From a bacterium (GTDB lineage: Bacteria > Patescibacteriota > Andersenbacteria > UBA10190): a stretch of DNA of 64,000 nucleotides. A program made the position numbers and the translations under genes. The notes beneath the pieces were generated by a model that had not been told where the DNA came from, ran no database searches, and saw only the letters and a program-made list of their open reading frames with translations. Shown piece after piece: positions 56,995 through 64,000 of the stretch (position 1 is its first letter; every line of letters begins with the position of its first letter). The DNA is taken from assembly GCA_043811915.1 (NCBI GenBank), contig JBDRMS010000006.1, positions 86,870 through 150,869 on the forward strand, in the 5' to 3' direction.

Positions 56995-58863
56995 ATGTGC
57001 GGGATAGTCGGGGTTTGGAATAGAGGCAGCGGCGAGCCGGTGGATAAGGGTGTTTTGCTGCGCATGGCCGGCTCGTTGCGGCACCGGGGGCCGGACGACG
57101 CCGGGCATATGATTGACGGCGCTTTGGGCCTAGCGCACCGGCGCCTGGCTATTATTGATCTGACGGCGGCCGGGCGGCAGCCTATGACTACGCCGGATGG
57201 CCGCTACACCATAGTCTTCAACGGCGAGATATATAACTACGGGGAACTGGCTAAAAAGTATTGTGCGGACGTGAACCTAAGATCAACTTCAGATACGGAG
57301 ATTCTGTTGCATGTGCTGGCGAAGAAAGGCAGAAAAGCGCTGCCGGAGTTGCGCGGCATGTTCGCTTTGGCTTTATGGGACGTTGTAGAGCGGCGATTGC
57401 TCATCGCGACTGATCCTTTTGGCAAAAAGCCGCTGTACTGGATGGATCATGGAGATACGTTTTTATTTGCTTCAGAGATAAAGGCATTGCTGGAGCATCC
57501 GCAAGTGAGCCGGGATATGGATCGGCTGGCCATGGCCAGGTATTTTTTATATGAATATGTACCGGCGCCAGCTACCGGATACAGGGAGATAAGACAGGTG
57601 CCAATGGGGCACTATGTGGAAATAACTGCGCCGGGGATTGATGTGCGTCAGTGGTGGAAGCCGACTTTTATGCCGAAAAGAGAGGGTAAATCGGAAAGGG
57701 AGGTAATATCAAGGTTTGACGAAAAAATGAGACTGGCGGTGCGCCGCCGCATGATAGCTGACGTGCCGGTGGGGGTGCTATTAAGTGGGGGGATTGATTC
57801 GACGAGCATTGCCTGGTACATGAAACAAGAGGCGGGAAGAAAAATCCATTCATTTTCCGTGTCTTTTGTGGAGCAGAGTTTTAACGAGGGCGGTTTTGCC
57901 GAGCAGGCGGCAAAGACTGTGGGGACGGAGCATCATGATTTGCGGTTTGGACTGGACGAATTTAAGTTTGCCTGGGACAAGGTGACGGAGAAAATGGACA
58001 TTCCGTTTGGAGATGCTTCAATATTGCCGACGTACGCAGTAAGCGAGTTGGCCAGAGAACATATAACGGTGGCTCTGGATGGAGATGGCAGTGATGAACT
58101 ACTGGGAGGATACGGGACGTTTAGAGCGGCGCAGCTGTCACAAAAGTTGCCGCGGTTATCAAAAAGTGTATGGCAGGCTTTATATGAAATATCAAAGAAG
58201 TTGCCAACCAGTTACGGATATTTTTCTCTTGATTTTAAAGCAAAGTCTTTTTTGAAGGGGATGGGTTATGACTTGCCTCATCAAAACCAAGTGTGGCTGG
58301 GTTCTTTTTCTGATGTGGAGTTAAGAGAGCTGTTGACGGATGAGTGGCAAGAGTATTTGAGAAGCTTATTTGCTGATGTTAATCAGTTATTGCCGGAGCT
58401 GGAAAGGCTGGATGTGGCAGATGTCGTGTCTCTGATGACGATATATCATTATTTGCACAATGATATTTTAACCAAGCTGGACCGGGCGACGATGTTTGTA
58501 AGCCTGGAGGCCAGGACTCCTTTTCTGGATGTTGATTTGGCGGAGTACGTGATGAGGTTACCGGCGAAATATAAGAAAAAGAAGTATATATTAAAGCAAG
58601 CGATGCGAGGAAGAATTCCTGATGCCATTATTGATCGTGAAAAACAGGGATTTGCGTTGCCGTTGGGGCAGTGGCTAAAGGGGCCGCTCTTTGAGTGGGC
58701 GCGTGAAATATTAGCGGAGGACAAGCTGCGGACGGCGGGAGTGATGCGGCCGGAGACAGTCAGGCGTCTTTTGAAGGAGCATCGGCGGGGTAATGCTGAC
58801 CATCGGAAAAAGATTTGGACATTGATTGCCTGGCAGGCGTGGTATGACCGCTGGATGGTATAG
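56995..58863 (+). CDS. asnB: Asparagine synthase (glutamine-hydrolysing) family amidotransferase
   Basis: MCGI, HRGPD, RLAIID, FNGEIYN, LSGGIDS, DEL.GGY, EAR.PFLD. Confidence 0.95.
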   Translation: MCGIVGVWNRGSGEPVDKGVLLRMAGSLRHRGPDDAGHMIDGALGLAHRRLAIIDLTAAGRQPMTTPDGRYTIVFNGEIYNYGELAKKYCADVNLRSTSDTEILLHVLAKKGRKALPELRGMFALALWDVVERRLLIATDPFGKKPLYWMDHGDTFLFASEIKALLEHPQVSRDMDRLAMARYFLYEYVPAPATGYREIRQVPMGHYVEITAPGIDVRQWWKPTFMPKREGKSEREVISRFDEKMRLAVRRRMIADVPVGVLLSGGIDSTSIAWYMKQEAGRKIHSFSVSFVEQSFNEGGFAEQAAKTVGTEHHDLRFGLDEFKFAWDKVTEKMDIPFGDASILPTYAVSELAREHITVALDGDGSDELLGGYGTFRAAQLSQKLPRLSKSVWQALYEISKKLPTSYGYFSLDFKAKSFLKGMGYDLPHQNQVWLGSFSDVELRELLTDEWQEYLRSLFADVNQLLPELERLDVADVVSLMTIYHYLHNDILTKLDRATMFVSLEARTPFLDVDLAEYVMRLPAKYKKKKYILKQAMRGRIPDAIIDREKQGFALPLGQWLKGPLFEWAREILAEDKLRTAGVMRPETVRRLLKEHRRGNADHRKKIWTLIAWQAWYDRWMV

Positions 58864-61099
58864 AAGAGTATTATTGCTGCTTGGTGTGGCTGTGCTGCTG
58901 CTGGGCGGCGCTTTTGCGGTGCCGCTCAATTCGGAAGAGGAGCTGGTGATTACTGGGGCGGACATGGGCGGGAGGTCAATAGTGGAGCTCACAAAAGGGG
59001 GGTCGTATAGAAGAAAAATTATAGTTTCCGATCAATCTATAAAAGGAATAATGTTGTTTGTGCCCGATCGTGAGGGCGTACGGAGTGAGCTAGAGGTGCG
59101 GATCTGGTTTGGCAATCAGTTATTGACCAAAGCAAAACAGTATCGTCAGAGTAATCATGGAGAGCTGAATGGTTTGGTTTTTAGTTTCAGACCGATTTCT
59201 CTACCGGATCGTACACAGTTGGAGATAGAGGTTATACATGTAAGGGGAAAGCCTGTTGCTCTCGAAGTGGCGGCAGATAGCGGGGCCTTGTCGATGTCGT
59301 TGCTGCACCCGGCTTTGATGAATCCTGGTACACGTCAGGGGGTATTAGTGGGAATTGTGGCTTTGGTGGGCGTAGCCCTGATTAGTATTTTGCCTAGTAA
59401 GCGATGGTTGGCAGCTATGTTACTGCTTGTGATAGTTATTCCTTTGGCCTTGACTGGTTTCGTATTTTCCACAGGTGTAATGGGAGTGTCAGATTGGGAC
59501 TACTTTATGTCCGTGCATGAGTCGTATCGTCGCAGCCTGCTTATTTACCATGATTTTCCGTTGTGGAATCCATTTACCTGTGGAGGAACGGCTGGTTTAG
59601 CTGACCCGGAATTTTCAATGCTTTCGCCGTTGTATCTGTTGGAGTTATATGGCGGTGTGTCTTTAGGTTTAAGACTGGCTGTCCTGGTGTCTATGACGAC
59701 AGGAGGCGCAGGTGTGTTGTTACTGGGTCGAAGATTAGGTCTTACTCAATATGCGGCTTTGCTGGCAGCCCTGGGGTGGTCTCTGGGGTCAGTTACAATT
59801 CTTCACCTTGTTGAGGGTCATATAGGGTGGCTGGGTACGATGTGGGTGCCGTGGGTACTATGGGCTTGGGCTGGCGCTTATTGGAGAAAAGTCAGGAGCA
59901 AGCTCGCCTGTGGGGCATTTTTAGCTCTAATCTTTTACCAGGGTGGCATTCATATTCTGTTATATCTGGTGCCGGCTTTGATAGTCACAGGTTTGCTGGT
60001 ATCTAATAGGAAGCTAGGATTAAAAGTTACCTGGCAAGCGGGTTGGTGGGCATTGGGGTTGTCGGCTGTGAAATTAGTACCGGCTCTGTTGTGGGTACGG
60101 CAATTTCCGGACCGGGTTTATGCTGTATCTGCGTCGACATGGCCCTACTGGCATGAAGTTTTTTTGGGGCGTCAAAAGCATGGAGCTGTAGTATTGCCTG
60201 GCCAGGGAGGGGGCTGGCATGAATATGGGGCGTATGTAGGACCAATTATTTTAGCTTTAGCGTTGCTGGCGTTGGCGCGTTGGCGGGATTCTCGCGTGGT
60301 GCGCGGGTTGGCAATAGGGAGCGGGTTGGCGCTTATTGTGTCTTCGCTGGGGGTGTATTTGGCGCCGGCACTTGATAGCTTGCCCTGGCTGCCGCGTTCG
60401 TATACGTCGCGAGTGATTATTTTTACTGTGCTGGGAATTTCTCTTCTAGCCGGATTTGGTTTGGACGTGATAAAGAAATGGAGTAGGGGAGGGCGCACCG
60501 AATGGTTGCGATTGCTGTTGGTTGGTTTAGTAGCGGTGGATCTTGCTAGCCTGGCGTATCCATTGTCTGAAAGTGCATTTGTGTTGCCGGAAGTGTTTGA
60601 TAAACTGCCGGCGGCGTCGGCACCGATAGCTTTCAGCAGGGAAAAGCATGCGGTGCGAGTTGGAGACAGGGAATACGACCGTGCTTATGCGGCGTCTAAC
60701 CAGGGTTATGGTACTTTGTCGTACTGTTCTGCCTTAGGGCCGGAGGCGGCAGTGGTAACAGTGGATGAAGATGGCAGCGACTACGTTTTACTAATAGAGG
60801 GCAGCGGTGATGTTAAGCTGCAAAGCTGGTCGCCGAGTCGTGTAGTGGTAATGGTGAATGCAGAAAGTGATGACCTGGTAGTAATTAATACCAATTATGC
60901 ACAAGGGTGGTCGGTCAATGGCAGACCGGCTGTTGATGTGAAAGGACGGGTGGGGGCGAAAGTGCCTGCTGGACAGCGGAAACTTATATTTACTTACCGG
61001 GCGCCGGGCTTTATTTTTGGTCTTTTAGTGACGGCTATGACTGCGGCGATAGCGGTGATGATGGTTGTGATAAGACCGGGAATGGATCCGGGGGAATAA
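58844..61099 (+). CDS. YfhO-like GT-C membrane protein (ATG 58844)
   Basis: P.WNP...GG, EGH, many TMs, NY..GW, C-terminal Y..PG...GL + TM. Confidence 0.7.
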   Translation: MTAGWYRRVLLLLGVAVLLLGGAFAVPLNSEEELVITGADMGGRSIVELTKGGSYRRKIIVSDQSIKGIMLFVPDREGVRSELEVRIWFGNQLLTKAKQYRQSNHGELNGLVFSFRPISLPDRTQLEIEVIHVRGKPVALEVAADSGALSMSLLHPALMNPGTRQGVLVGIVALVGVALISILPSKRWLAAMLLLVIVIPLALTGFVFSTGVMGVSDWDYFMSVHESYRRSLLIYHDFPLWNPFTCGGTAGLADPEFSMLSPLYLLELYGGVSLGLRLAVLVSMTTGGAGVLLLGRRLGLTQYAALLAALGWSLGSVTILHLVEGHIGWLGTMWVPWVLWAWAGAYWRKVRSKLACGAFLALIFYQGGIHILLYLVPALIVTGLLVSNRKLGLKVTWQAGWWALGLSAVKLVPALLWVRQFPDRVYAVSASTWPYWHEVFLGRQKHGAVVLPGQGGGWHEYGAYVGPIILALALLALARWRDSRVVRGLAIGSGLALIVSSLGVYLAPALDSLPWLPRSYTSRVIIFTVLGISLLAGFGLDVIKKWSRGGRTEWLRLLLVGLVAVDLASLAYPLSESAFVLPEVFDKLPAASAPIAFSREKHAVRVGDREYDRAYAASNQGYGTLSYCSALGPEAAVVTVDEDGSDYVLLIEGSGDVKLQSWSPSRVVVMVNAESDDLVVINTNYAQGWSVNGRPAVDVKGRVGAKVPAGQRKLIFTYRAPGFIFGLLVTAMTAAIAVMMVVIRPGMDPGE

Positions 61100-63369
61100 T
61101 AGCGAAAAGTAACCGGGCCAGAACTAGTGACTGCGGTACTGACGCGGCCGGCGCGGTTGGTTGCTTTTTGACCGTTCGCGGTCCAACCCAAAGCATAATT
61201 GGTATTGAGGGTAACATTAGTCTGATTTTGAGTAGTGATGTTGACTGCAACCTTGTTGGGAGACCAATGAACCAGATGATAAGAAGCTGACTTATTGGAC
61301 AGGGATATTATTTCGTTATCTTCTTCGTCGTGAATAGTTTGCACAGCTGGTTTTGGGCCAAGAACGGAGCAGTAGGCGAGAGTGCCGTAACCGGCGCGCG
61401 TGGCGGCATAGGCGCGGGTAGTGCGAGAGCCTTGTCCGGTCATGTCATAGCGCAGAGCGGTGAAGGCAAGAGGGGAGGGGGCGGGAGAGATAAGTGGATA
61501 TACTTCAGGTAGGACGAAGGCTTGCTGGGAGAGTGGATACGACAAGCTCATTAAATCGATTGCGACGAAGCCGATTATTAATGTTTTAATTGTTTTTTGT
61601 TTAATGCTATTTAGGCCGTATCCAGCCAGTAGGGCAATGGGTATCACGGCAAAGAGGATGATGCGGGAGATATTGGAGCGGGGGAAGAACCACAAGTAGT
61701 CAAAGATTGGTTTGAGATAAGGGCCGAGGGAGGATAAGAGAATGGCTAGGACAGCAGCGATGACGAGAGCTTTTATGACGCGATCCCGCCTTAGTTTCGA
61801 GGCGCCAATTAATACTAAAGCGAACACCAGGTAGCCGATGTAGGCGCCGTATTCGTGCCAGCCGCTGTCTTGGTTGGGGATGAGATAGCTGCCGTGCAGG
61901 TGGCGGCCAAATAGTATTTCTGTGATCCAGGGCAGGGTGAAGGCGGAGGAGGCAAAGGCGTCGTCGGGGAATTGTTTGAGCCATAACAAAACGGGGACCA
62001 GTTTAATGGCCGCCAGTCCCAGAGCCCACAAGCCGGCTTTAACAGTGGCTACAATAGCTGCTTTGGGCCGGGAGACTAAGAAAGGCAGTAACAGAAAGGC
62101 CAGAGCTGTATACATGAGTAAATAGATGCCGCCCTGATAGAAAGTCAGAGCTAAAAATATTCCACAGAGTAACCCGCTACTTTTTTTTCTGTAAGCACCC
62201 AGCCAGGCCCAGAAGATCCAGGGAATCCACATGGCGGCGAAGATGTTGACGTGACCCTCAGTGATTTCCAACAGGTTGACGGTGCTGAAGGCGACGGTGA
62301 TGGCGGCGAGGAGCGAGGAGTTCAGCGAGAGGCGCAGGCGTTTAGCGAGAAATAGCATGCCAGTGGTGCCGACGATGGTGGATAGAAAAATTGCCAGGCG
62401 GATGCCTTTGGGAACGCCAAAAATTAGTTCCAGCATGAAAGTTGGGGTGAAAAGGGGAAATTCAGGGTCAGCTAGTCCTGCTGTGCCGCCGCAGGTGTAA
62501 GGGTTCCAAAAAGGCAGTTGATTGTATTGGAGAATGATTTGGCGATAAGAATGATGGAGAGAAAAGTAGTAATCCCAGTCGGCAATGCCGAGCGGCCCAT
62601 TCGAAAACCAGTAACCGGCCAGAGCCAGAGGAGTAATAATTGTGACAAGAACGATGGCTCCCGCCCAGCGATATGATTCGCGGGGAATGAACTGGAGTAA
62701 AAAGAGACCGAGCATGAATATAACTCCGGCCAGTACGCCCTGACGAAAACTGTCGGAAAGAGGAATGGGCTGCAAAAGAGACAAGGCGAGATCGCGACTG
62801 GTTTTGATATTATTTATAGTTAATTCACCGGAGGCATACAACTGTTGATTCTCAATGGACGTTTTAAGTGATAAATCATTTTTATCCAGATTGGTTACGT
62901 GAATAAAAAGATGGGTTGGTTTGGTGACGGCGAAATGTTTGGTGGGTATAGCTAGACGCATAAGGTTGTCGCTGTTGGAAGGGAATGAAGGCGCGACATA
63001 GTTGCCGGAGACAGATATTTGTTTTGTCTTGTCTTCTATGATGGTATTGAGTTCAGACCCAAGAAAATTTTCATTATCAGAATAGAGGACGAGGCCAGAG
63101 TATGTTCCTGGCATGGCGATGATTCTTTGAGTAAGTTTATTATTTAGAGCGAGATTAATTGATTTCGGGGTGTGGGCGGATGGGACATACACTTTTTCAT
63201 CAGTGCCAAGCGGTAATGTGTAGGCTGCGACAATGATACCAATGACTATAACGACTGAAACAACCACTAGAAGGCTTCTAAGACTAATTCCAACCCTTAG
63301 GGTTGATTTTGCGTCTATAGGGCTTGTGGGCGCAATATTTTTAGACTTGATTATTTTTTGTATATCCAT
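60994..63369 (-). CDS. YfhO-like GT-C membrane protein, paralog of 58844-61099
   Basis: Shared DWDY, WNP.TCGGTAGLADPEF, GWHEYGAY, GYGTL.YCS.LGP. Confidence 0.7.
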   Translation of the reverse strand: MDIQKIIKSKNIAPTSPIDAKSTLRVGISLRSLLVVVSVVIVIGIIVAAYTLPLGTDEKVYVPSAHTPKSINLALNNKLTQRIIAMPGTYSGLVLYSDNENFLGSELNTIIEDKTKQISVSGNYVAPSFPSNSDNLMRLAIPTKHFAVTKPTHLFIHVTNLDKNDLSLKTSIENQQLYASGELTINNIKTSRDLALSLLQPIPLSDSFRQGVLAGVIFMLGLFLLQFIPRESYRWAGAIVLVTIITPLALAGYWFSNGPLGIADWDYYFSLHHSYRQIILQYNQLPFWNPYTCGGTAGLADPEFPLFTPTFMLELIFGVPKGIRLAIFLSTIVGTTGMLFLAKRLRLSLNSSLLAAITVAFSTVNLLEITEGHVNIFAAMWIPWIFWAWLGAYRKKSSGLLCGIFLALTFYQGGIYLLMYTALAFLLLPFLVSRPKAAIVATVKAGLWALGLAAIKLVPVLLWLKQFPDDAFASSAFTLPWITEILFGRHLHGSYLIPNQDSGWHEYGAYIGYLVFALVLIGASKLRRDRVIKALVIAAVLAILLSSLGPYLKPIFDYLWFFPRSNISRIILFAVIPIALLAGYGLNSIKQKTIKTLIIGFVAIDLMSLSYPLSQQAFVLPEVYPLISPAPSPLAFTALRYDMTGQGSRTTRAYAATRAGYGTLAYCSVLGPKPAVQTIHDEEDNEIISLSNKSASYHLVHWSPNKVAVNITTQNQTNVTLNTNYALGWTANGQKATNRAGRVSTAVTSSGPVTFRYYSPGSIPGLITTIITAIAAVIAVTKRPKIKPGAR
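63287..63305. repeat. Third, partial copy of the RAYT2 palindrome (ATTCCAACCCTTAGGGTTG)
   Basis: 19-nt exact match to 38095-38113 and 38826-38844. Confidence 0.85.
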
Positions 63370-64000
63370 ATGTAATCCAAGCCGTTGAGGGTGATGGTTT
63401 TTTCGGGGGTTTGGTTTGAAAACCGGTTGAGGATGTCGGTTTCCCAGGCGTCAGGACCACGTTCAAACAGGGCGCGGTACAGCACGACGTAGTCGGCATT
63501 GTTATCCTCGAAGTGGTTGAGCGGGATTACCTGGCCGATAAAATTGTAGGCGAATTCGGTGGGATATACAGAGGCGACGATAAGCTCCGTTGCGTTGGGT
63601 TTTTTGTTTAGATAATCGGCGGCTAAATCAAAGCCTTCGCCCCAGCCGAGACGGCGGTCGCCGTAAAACGGCTTGGTGACGGGATTAACGTAAGCCAAGA
63701 GGTGGGGGTGGAGGCGGGTGATGTCGATGGCCTGCCACAATAGGCCAGTAACTAGTAAACAATAACTAATAACTAGTAATAGACGACGGGTTTTGAATAG
63801 ATTGATTAAATAGAAGAAAGTGATGACGACGAGGGTATCCAGCAAGAGGAAGCTGGGCAGAATATACCGGTCGCCTTTTTTAGCGCCCAGGGTCATGAGG
63901 ATAGTAAATAAGGCAATAAAAAGGATAAGAATTAATAATTGGTTTTTATTTATTTGTATCGTGGGGGCCGTTCCCACTTTGCCCTGACGAGCCTCGCGGG
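63351..64000 (-). CDS. GT-C glycosyltransferase, 3' part (5' end beyond window); paralog of 54160-56157
   Basis: MTLGAKKGDRY, Y.NP, GWGEG.D.AA; frame open to the window edge. Confidence 0.8.
   Translation of the reverse strand, partial: REARQGKVGTAPTIQINKNQLLILILFIALFTILMTLGAKKGDRYILPSFLLLDTLVVITFFYLINLFKTRRLLLVISYCLLVTGLLWQAIDITRLHPHLLAYVNPVTKPFYGDRRLGWGEGFDLAADYLNKKPNATELIVASVYPTEFAYNFIGQVIPLNHFEDNNADYVVLYRALFERGPDAWETDILNRFSNQTPEKTITLNGLDYIWIYKK
63747..63781. repeat. Degenerate heptamer repeat inside CDS (AGTAACT-AGTAAAC-AATAACT-AATAACT-AGTAATA)
   Basis: Read directly; encodes LLLVISYCLLVT on the minus strand. Confidence 0.7.

Noticed and set aside
319-62500. Numerous short antisense or alternate-frame ORFs in the ORF track
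   Set aside because: They are shadows of well-supported genes, with no motifs or start signals.
1-64000. tRNA/rRNA genes and alternative genetic code 25
   Set aside because: No cloverleaf or rRNA signatures noticed by eye; conserved genes end at TGA and none need readthrough.

Overview
64 kb of a bacterial chromosome in standard code 11 (TGA is used as stop), almost all genes on the + strand. Gene content points to a Patescibacteria/CPR (Parcubacteria-like) organism: L30 is missing from the spc operon, r-proteins are trimmed or extended, and DUF4012/DUF5667-like and pilin-LamG genes are present. This assignment is inference. Gene order: S10/spc operon (rplB-rplO), secY-adk-map-yqgF, HUH/RAYT nuclease 1, GT2, galT, a glycolysis cluster (tpi, fba, pfkB-family, gap, pgk, eno) interrupted by pilin-LamG and an EEP gene, four-helix-bundle gene, recJ, rnhA, RNase P RNA, a surface-glycan locus interrupted by an orphan island, murJ, HUH/RAYT nuclease 2, lepA, rml genes, a full ADP-heptose pathway, GT-C glycosyltransferases, asnB and two convergent YfhO-like paralogs. 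Main observations: (1) Two paralogous RAYTs each have their own palindrome with the same ATTCC-N6-N-N6-GGAAT geometry, and short palindromes also sit in-frame in proteins and form RNase P helices. (2) Two YfhO-like paralogs encode homologous C-terminal TM helices on opposite strands of the same 106 bp. (3) Orphan genes share boxA-like leaders, SD sites and CUCC-type terminator loops, whereas many core genes look leaderless. (4) A sigma4-like/alpha-CTD protein may start at ATA. (5) There are two candidate sRNAs. All calls are by-eye motif recognition; no database searches were run.
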